IMG/VR virus record: IMGVR_UViG_3300037440_000397
Coordinates: 1-64,000 of that record
Length of the DNA stretch: 64,000 bases
Source of the DNA: an uncultured virus (IMG/VR IMGVR_UViG_3300037440_000397)
Taxonomy: Duplodnaviria > Heunggongvirae > Uroviricota > Caudoviricetes
Strand: one strand, 5' to 3'
The first letter of the stretch is position 1. Each line of letters opens with the position of its first letter. The notes beneath the pieces are model-generated. The model had not been told where the DNA came from. It saw nothing but the letters and a program-made list of their open reading frames with translations, and did no database searches. Made by a program: the position numbers and the translations under genes. This document shows positions 55,850-64,000 of this stretch, piece by piece.

Positions 55850-56440
55850 CTACCAGCGGTCGGGCAGACCCGAGGTGTGCTCGCCATGCCAGTGCCACAG
55901 CCACGTGCGTGCGGGGGCGTGGTGGAAGCGGGCTCCGGCTGCGAGGAGTTTGCGCCACAGGCCCCAGTCGTCGCAGGCGCTCTCCTGCTGGTCGCCGTAC
56001 GGTTCGAAGCCGCCGACATCGCGTACGAGTTCGGTGCGGGCAAGGACCGTGACGGGGATGTAGTTCCGCTGGCGGAGGTCATCCGGGTCGAAGGGACGGC
56101 CGAATACGCCGGGCCACGGATCGAACGCGCGGGACGAGACCACATCGAACCACGGATAGACCACGTCCGCGCCGGTCTCCGCGGCGCCCTTGACCAGGGT
56201 CAGGATGTGCTCGGGGCGCCACTCGTCATCGTCGTCGAGGAACGCCGAGTACTCGGTGTCGACTGCGGCGAGCGCCCGGTTGCGGGCTGCGGCTGCGCCG
56301 ATGTGCTGGTGGTCGACGTAGATGCTGGCGCCGGTGACGGGGCGGGTTTGGGCGTGGATGCTGTCGAGGGCACGGCGGAGGTAGTCGGCGCGGGGCGGGA
56401 TGGTGGGGATGACGGCGGTCACGCCTGGGTGGAGTGCCAA
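55850..56440 (-). CDS. GT2 glycosyltransferase
   Basis: AVIPT, ARN, FLDDDD, DDW. Confidence 0.85.
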   Translation of the reverse strand: MALHPGVTAVIPTIPPRADYLRRALDSIHAQTRPVTGASIYVDHQHIGAAAARNRALAAVDTEYSAFLDDDDEWRPEHILTLVKGAAETGADVVYPWFDVVSSRAFDPWPGVFGRPFDPDDLRQRNYIPVTVLARTELVRDVGGFEPYGDQQESACDDWGLWRKLLAAGARFHHAPARTWLWHWHGEHTSGLPDRW

Positions 56441-56736
56441 GGTTCGTCTCCGTCCTCTCGCTTGCGCCGTTCGCAGATGTCACAGACCGTTCCGCTGAGT
56501 GCGTAGTGAGTCCATTTCGGCTTGTGCGTGCGTCGCTTCCGGTCGGCGCGGTCGGCGAGGACGTTGATCATTCCTACGGTCTTAGGGGCCTCGCCGCTCA
56601 GTACTCGGTAGGCGTCTGCTGCGCCTTCGATGTAGGCCCGTTCTTCTTCGCCGAGGGAGTCTGACTCGTCGTCGTTGTCCAGGTCGGGGAGGCGTGCAAT
56701 GAACTGCTTGAGCGCTTCCTCGTCGGGCGCGGCCAT
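56419..56736 (-). CDS. Hypothetical protein
   Basis: GGAGG RBS, ATG at 56736. Confidence 0.55.
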   Translation of the reverse strand: MAAPDEEALKQFIARLPDLDNDDESDSLGEEERAYIEGAADAYRVLSGEAPKTVGMINVLADRADRKRRTHKPKWTHYALSGTVCDICERRKREDGDEPWHSTQA

Positions 56737-56800
56737 GGGGTTCCTCCGGGTTTCTGGCGAACGCTCCAGGATACATTGGCCGGTCCGGCGAATGCTCGGT

Positions 56801-57373
56801 TTAGCGGTGTCGGGCGTCGCCGCGGTCGGGTCGACCGGAGGTGTTCCCGCCGCCGTGATGGTGCCAGGTCCAGCTACGCACCGGTAGGTGGACGATCTTT
56901 GCTCCGGCGATGATGCAGTCCTTCGTGAACGTGAAGTCCTCCCCGGCCACGTTGCGGAAGCCGACCTGCTGCGCCAGTTCGGTGCGGACGAGGATGGTGA
57001 TCGTCGTGGAGTGGGGGTGGGCGTTGTCCCAAGGCTTGCCGAAGAACATGGGGAACGGGTCGCGGCCACCGCGTACGCGGAACCATGGGTAGACGTAGTC
57101 CGCGCCCGTCTCGGTGGCGCAGGCGAGGAGCTGCGCTAGGTGGGTGGGGTCGAGTTCGTCGTCGCTGTCGAGGAACGCCACCCATTCGGTGGTGACTTGG
57201 TCGAGGCCGCGTTGCCGGGTCGCGGCGGCGCCCTGGTGCTGGGTGTCCTCGACGGTGATCAGCAGGTGGGGGATGGTCTGTGCGTTGACGGAGTTGATGG
57301 CGCGTTGCAGCATGCCGTTCCGCTTGCGGGCCGCGTGGTACGGGACCACGACGGACACGAGCGGCTCGCTCAC
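56801..57373 (-). CDS. GT2 glycosyltransferase (paralog of 55850-56440)
   Basis: SVVVP, FLDSDD, GED. Confidence 0.85.
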   Translation of the reverse strand: MSEPLVSVVVPYHAARKRNGMLQRAINSVNAQTIPHLLITVEDTQHQGAAATRQRGLDQVTTEWVAFLDSDDELDPTHLAQLLACATETGADYVYPWFRVRGGRDPFPMFFGKPWDNAHPHSTTITILVRTELAQQVGFRNVAGEDFTFTKDCIIAGAKIVHLPVRSWTWHHHGGGNTSGRPDRGDARHR

Positions 57374-57693
57374 TGCGGCTCTCCCCCTGGGCAGTACCAC
57401 AGCCCAGTGACAGCCCCAGCGTCGCCTTCGGCGGTCTCCCATAGGTGCACCCCGTGAGGCCGCTTCTGCTGGCCGCAGTGGCGCGCAGCGGGCTCCGTGC
57501 GGATTTCTGCCATCAGCTTCGCGGCATTCGCTTCTCCGACCAAGCGAATCAGAGTTGGTACCAGGCCGTCTCGTAGCGCATCGCGTCCGATCTCCAGTGC
57601 CACTTCGTCGCGGTGTGCGTCGATGAGGGCGTTCTTCTCCGTCGCCGATCGCATGTCCCAGATGTCGTCGAACAGCCTGTCGCGCGCGCTCAC
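57370..57693 (-). CDS. Hypothetical protein
   Basis: Coupled ORF. Confidence 0.55.
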   Translation of the reverse strand: MSARDRLFDDIWDMRSATEKNALIDAHRDEVALEIGRDALRDGLVPTLIRLVGEANAAKLMAEIRTEPAARHCGQQKRPHGVHLWETAEGDAGAVTGLWYCPGGEPQ

Positions 57694-58127
57694 CGTGGCG
57701 TCCCCTTCCACAAGATCTCGTTGTCGCCCTGAATACGGAGCTCCAGCGTCTTCCAGGGGCGGAGTCCGTAGTCGGCGTGGGCGGCTTTCGTCCCGTCGAG
57801 GTAGTGGAAGCTCTCGACGCACCAGAAGCTGACGTGGGTGGGGTCGGCGAACGCGTGCCACGTCCCAGACAGGGCGTTGGGTACACGGATCTCGAACACG
57901 CCGCCGGGGCGGAGGACGCGGTGCGCTTCGTTCATCACCGCGATCCGGGCGTCTCCGGCGGGGATGTGTTCCATGACGTGGGAGGCGCGCATGGCCTCCA
58001 CGGTGTGGTCGCCGGTGGGCCATGGCGTGTCTTGTGCGAGGCGCCGCCATGGGCCGGTGCCGTGGTTGGGGTCGAGGTTGGTCCAGCCTGCTGGCAGGAG
58101 CTTCCCGCCACCGATCTCCAGTCTCAT
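57690..58127 (-). CDS. Class I SAM-dependent methyltransferase
   Basis: LEIGGG, SHVMEHI, RVLRPGG, DPTH. Confidence 0.85.
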   Translation of the reverse strand: MRLEIGGGKLLPAGWTNLDPNHGTGPWRRLAQDTPWPTGDHTVEAMRASHVMEHIPAGDARIAVMNEAHRVLRPGGVFEIRVPNALSGTWHAFADPTHVSFWCVESFHYLDGTKAAHADYGLRPWKTLELRIQGDNEILWKGTPR

Positions 58128-58402
58128 CCGACACGCTCCGGCCAGTGCCACGTGCCGCCCTGCTTGCGCAGCTCGTCGTGGCACGCGTCGTTGAAGAACA
58201 TGCCGCTCGGGTTCAGCACCGCAAGCGCCACCCACTCGGCTCCTTCGGCCTCGGTGTGTACCTCGGGGTCTGGGTGCGGGTTGTCGAGGCTGTAGACGGC
58301 GGCGACGATGGCTGCCCGGCACTGGGAGGTGTACTCGCCGCCCGGGGTGCCGTAGCTCTGATAGTGCACGATCCTGCCAACGCTCGGTACCTGCTCGCTC
58401 AT
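58124..58402 (-). CDS. Conserved phage protein (PSVGRIVHY)
   Basis: Recognisable motif, ends WHWPER. Confidence 0.7.
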   Translation of the reverse strand: MSEQVPSVGRIVHYQSYGTPGGEYTSQCRAAIVAAVYSLDNPHPDPEVHTEAEGAEWVALAVLNPSGMFFNDACHDELRKQGGTWHWPERVG

Positions 58403-58409
58403 CAGTGCC

Positions 58410-58664
58410 TCACTTGTAGTCGTCGAGGTCGTAGTGCCCGCACTGCAAGCACTGGTACTTGTGGTCTGCCGGGCGCGGGTGCGGCTTGTACCAGTCGTGG
58501 CCGTCGCCCTTCGGGCACACGCTGTGGTTCGCCGGGTCCGGGCAGTCGTCCAGCACCGAGCCGGGGCCGGGTGACCGCGCTGGTCTCCACGGTGACGGGG
58601 GCTGCTGTCCTTTCCAGTCCCGTGCACGGCGCCTGCGCTCCGCCTCCCCAGCAGCCCTGCTCAC
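58410..58664 (-). CDS. Small Cys/His protein
   Basis: Coupled ORF. Confidence 0.45.
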   Translation of the reverse strand: MSRAAGEAERRRRARDWKGQQPPSPWRPARSPGPGSVLDDCPDPANHSVCPKGDGHDWYKPHPRPADHKYQCLQCGHYDLDDYK

Positions 58665-58843
58665 AGCAGTTCGACCGTCCACACCGTGTCCGCCGCGTCC
58701 GGAGGCAGCACGTGACCGACGTAGCCGTTCGCTTCTGTGCTCAGGCACAGGACGCCGAACTCGCCCGCCTCGACGCTGATCCCTTCGGCGCCCAGCTCGT
58801 TGAGGAGGGCCGCCAGCCGCTGCGTTGCTTCCTGCGGGGTCAA
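58661..58843 (-). CDS. Hypothetical protein
   Basis: Coupled ORF. Confidence 0.5.
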   Translation of the reverse strand: MTPQEATQRLAALLNELGAEGISVEAGEFGVLCLSTEANGYVGHVLPPDAADTVWTVELL

Positions 58844-59493
58844 TGCCGTCCGCTCCCCTCGTACTTCAGCCACGCGTTCGCCAAATGCTTCCCCGGCAGA
58901 CTCGCGGGCTTCAGCTTCGCCTGCCGCAGCACGAACGGCTGCGACACCTGATCCCGCGCCGACCCGCTCTCGACCTCACGCGCCCACGCTGCGCCCATCC
59001 GCCGCACTGCCGTCGTATGCCGGCGGGCGATCACACCCGACGCCCACAGCCCCCAGCCGGTGGGGTGCCCGGCCTCGCGGTAGCGCTTCGTCTGCCACGC
59101 CGCCACGCCGTCCGGGTCCTTGCCGAGTGCGGCGATCTCGATCGCCTCGTCGTACAGGCACGACCGCCACGGGTGCTCGAACTGCGCGATCGGCTTCGCC
59201 AGAGCGAGCGCCTCAACCGCAAAGTCCGAGGAGACGACACGGAACGACGCGTCGATCCAGACCGAAGCCGCAGCGTCCGTGTACTTCCACGGCTCGAACT
59301 TCGCCACCTTCGCCGCACGCACCGGCAGCACATCCGGCTGAGGCTCCACCACCACACGCCAGCCCTTGGCGTCCACAGGCTCCGCGTCGGTGACGAACAC
59401 CCAGTCCACCTCGACGCCAGCCTGCGCCAGCACCGGCTTCACCGGGTCGTAGGCGTCGTAGCACGCGGTCACAATCGCGATATCAGCGGGCAT
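58840..59493 (-). CDS. DUF616-like glycosyltransferase
   Basis: YD, FVTD, SVWIDAS, HPWRSCLYDE, RDQVS. Confidence 0.75.
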   Translation of the reverse strand: MPADIAIVTACYDAYDPVKPVLAQAGVEVDWVFVTDAEPVDAKGWRVVVEPQPDVLPVRAAKVAKFEPWKYTDAAASVWIDASFRVVSSDFAVEALALAKPIAQFEHPWRSCLYDEAIEIAALGKDPDGVAAWQTKRYREAGHPTGWGLWASGVIARRHTTAVRRMGAAWAREVESGSARDQVSQPFVLRQAKLKPASLPGKHLANAWLKYEGSGRH

Positions 59494-60319
59494 CGCGGTA
59501 CCACCTCACAGTCTCAGCAATCCGGTCCCAATCAAGCTCCGGCTTCCAGTCCAGCCGGTCCCAGCCCTCACCCTCAGCAGTGATCTGCACCGGCACCTCA
59601 CCCGCACGCATCGGCAGGTACTCGATGCCCGCCTTCGACCCGGTCTCCTTCAGGACGAACTCCGCCAGCTCGTTCACGGTGACCGCCTGCCCGGTGCCCG
59701 CGTCGAAGGTCTCGTCGTCCCCGAACGCCGTGGCCTCAACGAGCATCCGCCCGACGTCGTCCGCGTGCACGAGGTCCATGGCCTGCTCGCCGTCACCCCA
59801 GATCGGCAGCGGCCGGTTCTCCCACGCTGCACGCGCGAAGGTGGGCACGATCTTCTGCGGATGGCCCGGCCCGTAGTGCTGGTAGGGGCCGTAGCCGTTG
59901 AACGCGCGGACCGTCGACACGGGCAGCCCGTACGCGTGATGCCAGGCGGTGGTGAGCCTGCGGGCGGCGACCTTCGTCGCGGTATACACGCTCGGGAACG
60001 GATCCGGCATGCTGATGCCGACGTAGCGGGCGTCATGATCCCGACACCACTCCAGGATGCGGAGCGTGCCGATGACGTTGACGTGGATGGCAGTCTCCGC
60101 CATGTCGAACAACTCGGACGTGCCGAGGACCCCGGCGAGGTGAATCACCGTGTCGGCGTCGCCGAGCGCGTCCAGACTGCCGAGGACGTCCAGGCCCTGC
60201 GTACGGTCGAACGCCCACACCTCATGCCCCGCCGCTTCGGCGGCTTGAATGGTGGCGCGGCCGAAGAAGCCTGCACCACCTGTTACTGCGATCTTCAACG
60301 GTTTCTCCTTGCTGGTCAC
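59483..60319 (-). CDS. NAD-dependent nucleotide-sugar epimerase/dehydratase
   Basis: VTGGAGFFG, HLAG, YTATK, NGYGP. Confidence 0.9.
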   Translation of the reverse strand: MTSKEKPLKIAVTGGAGFFGRATIQAAEAAGHEVWAFDRTQGLDVLGSLDALGDADTVIHLAGVLGTSELFDMAETAIHVNVIGTLRILEWCRDHDARYVGISMPDPFPSVYTATKVAARRLTTAWHHAYGLPVSTVRAFNGYGPYQHYGPGHPQKIVPTFARAAWENRPLPIWGDGEQAMDLVHADDVGRMLVEATAFGDDETFDAGTGQAVTVNELAEFVLKETGSKAGIEYLPMRAGEVPVQITAEGEGWDRLDWKPELDWDRIAETVRWYRDAR

Positions 60320-60993
60320 CACGGCCTCTTCCCCCACTTCTTGCCGAACGTCTCCATGTCGCGTCCGGCTTGCGTCTGAAGCTCGGGGCGCTCGTACATC
60401 GAGCCGTTGGGGCACCGGTGCTCAACCGCCAGGCCCGGGACGAGGAGCGCACCGCCCCGCTCGCGTGCAACCCAGTCGATGTCGTCGTCACTCGCCCACC
60501 AGGCCATCGACTCGTCGAGACGGAGCCCGGCCTCACCGCGGAGCAGGTAGGCGTAGCCGGTGATCCGTGTCCGCAGGTCCACCGGTTCGGCCTTCGTGTG
60601 GAGGATCTGCCGTCGGCCGCCGTGCTGGTCTGGGTAGGCGAGCACCGCGGTGGTGGAGCGCATCGCCGTGGACAGGCCGTCGATCCAACCAGCGGGGACG
60701 GTGACGTCGGAGTTGAGGACGGCGATGTCCCACCGGTCGGCGCCGTGGCTGTATGCGGTCAGGTCTGAGTTGGCGAGCCCGATGTTCCACAGCAGGCTGA
60801 TGTTCGGTGGGTCGATTGGCGCCCACACCACATGCACCTTGCCGTGCCACGGCTCGGGGTCGATGCGCGGGTCGGAGAGGTTGTCGATGACGGTGACCTG
60901 GTCGACCTGGTCGACGACGGAGTTGATGCAGTCGGCGAGCATGTCGTGCCGGTTCCGCGTCGGGATCACCGCGGCCCGGAACAGGTCACCCAT
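60316..60993 (-). CDS. GT2 glycosyltransferase
   Basis: VIPTRNR, IDN, VLNSD, SDDD. Confidence 0.8.
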   Translation of the reverse strand: MGDLFRAAVIPTRNRHDMLADCINSVVDQVDQVTVIDNLSDPRIDPEPWHGKVHVVWAPIDPPNISLLWNIGLANSDLTAYSHGADRWDIAVLNSDVTVPAGWIDGLSTAMRSTTAVLAYPDQHGGRRQILHTKAEPVDLRTRITGYAYLLRGEAGLRLDESMAWWASDDDIDWVARERGGALLVPGLAVEHRCPNGSMYERPELQTQAGRDMETFGKKWGKRPW

Positions 60994-61213
60994 CGGTCGA
61001 CTCCCGCAAGGATGCGCGCAGTACGTCGCCGATCTCCAGCAGGGCGTGTACAACGGCAGCGGTGGCGATGGCTTGGGCTTTCGCCGAGTGCGCCAGCATG
61101 ACGTCGGTCCTGACTTCGCCAATGGGGATCTCGTTGAGGGCGGAAGCGACGCCGTCTAGGCATCCCTTGGCGGACTTCCGGTGGGGCCCCTCTCCGGGGG
61201 CTGAGGCGCTCAC
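60986..61213 (-). CDS. Hypothetical protein
   Basis: Coupled ORF. Confidence 0.5.
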   Translation of the reverse strand: MSASAPGEGPHRKSAKGCLDGVASALNEIPIGEVRTDVMLAHSAKAQAIATAAVVHALLEIGDVLRASLRESTDG

Positions 61214-62232
61214 GCGGCGAGCCACTGCGGGTTGTCGGCGTACCACTTCACGATGTCCGTCAGCGTGTCGTCCAGCGGCCGCGGACCAGGCCACCCAAGC
61301 CCGGCGAGCTTCGACCCGTCGAGCGCGTAACGGTGGTCGTGTCCCGGCCGTTGCCCGTGGTAATCGACGAGCTCGTAGTCGAGGGTGCGGCCAGCCGCGG
61401 CGGCCATGCGCTGGGCGACGTCGAGGTTGGTCGCCTCCTCACCGACGATGTTGTAGCGCAGCGGGCCGGTGGGCATCGTCGGGTAGTACGTCAGCCGCTC
61501 GTCGCCGTCGAAGTGCTCGGTGAGCCACAGCCACGCGTTGGCGAAGTCGCGGGCGTCGACCCAGCAGCGGGAGCCTGAGACGCCGTCGGGGCTGGCGTGG
61601 ACAGTGAGCTTCTCCCCGCGGTAGATGGCGCGGGCGATCTTCGGAATGAACTTCTCCGCAGCCTGCGGGGCAGGGGAAAGGAGATTCATAGTGTTGGTGA
61701 CCAGCAAAGGAATCCCGAGTGCGCGCCAGTACGAGTAGGCGATTGCCTCCTGCGCCGCCTTCGACGCGGCGTACGGATTGGAGGGGCGGATGCTGTCCCA
61801 CTCGTGATGCCGGTAGCCCTCGGCAGCCGGCCCGAACACCTCGTCGGTCGACATCTGCAGGAACATCCGCGGCTTCGCCACGCGCGCGTACTCCAGCATG
61901 TTCAGCATGAGCTCGACGTTGTTCCGCACGAACGACACCGGGTCGGTGAGGGAGCGGTCGACGTGGGACTCGGAGGCGATGTTCCACACGTAGTCGATCG
62001 GGCCGATCTGCTCGGCGAGGATCGGCGTGATCGGAAGCGCCAGGTCGTGGGCGATGACGTCGACCCGGTTGCGGGCGTCGGGCTGTGCGTCGAGGACGGC
62101 GTTGATGCGGGCGCCGTCGCCGTGGTGCCGGTACGACACCGGACACGTCACATGCCAGTCCGTGTTCGCGAGGACGTGGGCGAGGACGGTCGAGCCGACG
62201 AACCCGGACGCCCCGCTCAGAAGAATGCGCAT
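61210..62232 (-). CDS. rmlB: dTDP-glucose 4,6-dehydratase-like
   Basis: GASGFVG, ASESHVDRS, STDEV, PSNPYAASK, RPGHD.RY. Confidence 0.88.
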   Translation of the reverse strand: MRILLSGASGFVGSTVLAHVLANTDWHVTCPVSYRHHGDGARINAVLDAQPDARNRVDVIAHDLALPITPILAEQIGPIDYVWNIASESHVDRSLTDPVSFVRNNVELMLNMLEYARVAKPRMFLQMSTDEVFGPAAEGYRHHEWDSIRPSNPYAASKAAQEAIAYSYWRALGIPLLVTNTMNLLSPAPQAAEKFIPKIARAIYRGEKLTVHASPDGVSGSRCWVDARDFANAWLWLTEHFDGDERLTYYPTMPTGPLRYNIVGEEATNLDVAQRMAAAAGRTLDYELVDYHGQRPGHDHRYALDGSKLAGLGWPGPRPLDDTLTDIVKWYADNPQWLAA

Positions 62233-62313
62233 GCGCGGGATGGTGCCAGCGGATCCGCGATGGTCATTCCGGACGTCGGCGAAGGGCAGCAGGGCTGGCG
62301 CCCCGAGGTGCCG

Positions 62314-62853
62314 TCAGCCCGCCTCCAGCAGGCGCCCTTGCGCCGCCTCCAGTGCTGCAACGCGCTGCTCGTGCGGCAAGTCGAGAGCATCGAGGGCAGC
62401 GCCGAGCGCGTTCGCCACCAACTCGCCTTCGAGATCCAGGCGTCGTTCCAAGGCCACCATCACTCCAGCGTCTACAGCCTGTTTCGCCGTGCTCGCGGCG
62501 AGCTTGCGTTCCTCACGGGACTGGGCGAGCCACGGCTGTAGCGCCTTGGGCGGCTGAAGCGGATCCCCGCCGCCGGCAACATGCTCGCGCAACTGCTGAA
62601 AAATGATGTTGTCGGTCCATGCCGCGCGGGCTGCGGCCGCGCGTACAAGGCCGAGCAGCGCCTCATGCGGGGTGACGTTCCGTTCGGCTGCGAGTTCTTG
62701 TGCCATGGCCCATGCCTCCTCAACGTGCTTCTGCCCGCCGCGGTGCCAGATGCAGGTTCCGTACCCGGGATGCGTGGTTCCTTGTCCGGCGGGTTTGTCG
62801 CACATGCGGCCGTTCAGGTTGCGGGCGGGGCACCGCGCCGGGTAGGCGGTCAT
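62314..62853 (-). CDS. Putative terminase small subunit
   Basis: C.A...G..C...AG.GT.H.G.G.C..H.G motif; first gene behind a late promoter. Confidence 0.6.
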   Translation of the reverse strand: MTAYPARCPARNLNGRMCDKPAGQGTTHPGYGTCIWHRGGQKHVEEAWAMAQELAAERNVTPHEALLGLVRAAAARAAWTDNIIFQQLREHVAGGGDPLQPPKALQPWLAQSREERKLAASTAKQAVDAGVMVALERRLDLEGELVANALGAALDALDLPHEQRVAALEAAQGRLLEAG

Positions 62854-62957
62854 AGGGGTGATTGTGGCCCGGCGCGCGGTGGTGATCTTCCGGGCGCATA
62901 CGGAGGCCCGGCCACGCACGGGGCGTGAGCCGGGCCAGTCGGCGGTTGCGGGGCTGG

Positions 62958-63599
62958 TCAGGACACGGCGACGCGCACCGAGTCACCGAGCCAACTGTCC
63001 GTGTAGGTCACGTACTCCGGCGTGAATTTGCCTTCGCCTGTGATGCTGCCGGAGACGTTCTCGCCCGGGGCCAGCTTCACGGTGTCGATCTGGTTCTCGT
63101 CGGCCGCGAGCTTGTGGGAGTGCTTCGTTCCCTTGCTGTCGGTGATTGCGAAGTACAGCGGGTTGACGCTGATCGTGTCGTCGCTGTTGTTCGTGACGGT
63201 CACCTTGACGCTGGTGTAGTTGCTGCCGTCGGCGAGGATGCTCGGGGCGAACGCCGTCTCCTTCGCGGTGACCTTGACGGGCGGGTCTGGCTCGGGCTCC
63301 TCTTCGGCGGGCTCCTCCTGCTCCGCCTCAGCCTCAGCCTCAGTGTCCTCGTCGGCGCCGTTGTCCTTGGCGGTGGCGCCGGAGCTGACCGTGCTGCCCT
63401 TACTGCTGCTGTCGTCGGAGCCGCCGCCGAGGGCAGCACCGATGATGCCGATGATGACGAGCAGTGCGAAGACGCCGGCGCAGCCGAGGCCGATGGTCTT
63501 CCCGGTGCTGTTCTTCTTCGGCGGGGGTGGTGGGGGTGTGCCCCATCCGGGTTGTTGTGGTCCGCCCCATCCGGGTTGCTGCGGGTATTGCTGGCTCAA
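62958..63599 (-). CDS. DUF4352-like membrane-anchored protein
   Basis: Pro/Gln-rich N-terminus, TM, VNPLYF...LAPGE Ig-like domain. Confidence 0.75.
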   Translation of the reverse strand: MSQQYPQQPGWGGPQQPGWGTPPPPPPKKNSTGKTIGLGCAGVFALLVIIGIIGAALGGGSDDSSSKGSTVSSGATAKDNGADEDTEAEAEAEQEEPAEEEPEPDPPVKVTAKETAFAPSILADGSNYTSVKVTVTNNSDDTISVNPLYFAITDSKGTKHSHKLAADENQIDTVKLAPGENVSGSITGEGKFTPEYVTYTDSWLGDSVRVAVS

Positions 63600-63712
63600 G
63601 GTTCCCCCCTTGTAGCGGTGTGCGTGAGATGGGGGACGTTATCCGATGTAGGTGGGGTGTGAAGGGGTGGGGTGTTTCTGTTACCGGGCTGGAGCGAATC
63701 GGTGAAGACGAA

Positions 63713-63742
63713 AGGGCCCGCTCCCGGGTGGGGGCGGGCCTT
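63713..63742 (-). terminator. Hairpin terminator
   Basis: GGCCCGCTCCC / GGGGGCGGGCC stem followed by TTTCGTCTT on the minus strand. Confidence 0.55.
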
Positions 63743-63756
63743 CGGCGTGCGCGGGG

Positions 63757-63963
63757 TCAGGCGTCGTAGACGCATCCCTCGTGCGGGAAGTTGCACGGCC
63801 TGGGGTGCGACTTGGAGGCGTCGCGGACGGCGATGATGGCGCCGATCTCGTCCATGCTGAGGCCCTTGACGAGGCGGTAGCTCTCGCGCCAGTAGTCGGC
63901 CTCCATGTACTGGGCGTCGTTGTCGGCGAGGAGGGTTGTGGCGATCTCGCGGAGTTCGTCCAT
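63757..63963 (-). CDS. Hypothetical protein
   Basis: ORF near the window end. Confidence 0.5.
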   Translation of the reverse strand: MDELREIATTLLADNDAQYMEADYWRESYRLVKGLSMDEIGAIIAVRDASKSHPRPCNFPHEGCVYDA

Positions 63964-64000
63964 GTCGAGGCCTGGTGTGGTGAGGCGGGCGCGGATCGCG

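Larger units (their letters stand above)
1..64000. mobile_element. Temperate actinobacteriophage (Streptomyces-like siphovirus), probably excised/circular form
   Basis: Terminase, portal, capsid, tail, lysis, integrase, repressor and replication modules all present; phage genes flank the integrase and attP on both sides; no host genes seen. Confidence 0.93.

Noticed and set aside
1..64000. tRNA/rRNA genes, IS elements, host DNA or attL/attR junctions
   Set aside because: None recognisable by eye; tRNAscan was not run

Overview
About 70% GC window that is phage sequence from end to end: a temperate Streptomyces-type siphovirus, with most genes on the minus strand and no host genes. Left arm (1-19.3 kb, minus): early, replication and recombination genes (two DNA methyltransferases, Rep initiator with an internal iteron origin, HNH-SF2 helicase module, WhiB, RuvC-like, DnaQ-like, RecT-like). 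Centre (19-21.6 kb): cro/repressor switch, an apparently intact attP whose core encodes RDYLD-stop (the C-terminus of the principal sigma factor HrdB), and a tyrosine integrase. Right arm (24-63 kb, minus): lysis, tail (including a hyaluronidase-like spike), head, portal, an intein-containing TerL with an out-of-frame HNH gene, and a large glycosylation cluster between terS and terL. The standout locus is a plus-strand insert between portal and terminase (49.7-51.9 kb): a stand-alone Cas7/RAMP-like gene, a coupled accessory gene, and a 945-bp non-coding array of 17 units of (GGY-NN) pentamers delimited by GGCA. Read as a gapped 2-of-3 code, the variable dinucleotides of several units spell conserved tyrosine-integrase motifs absent from this phage's own integrase. 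This points to an RNA-guided anti-competitor system (VIPR-like). All calls come from reading the sequence by eye; no searches were run.
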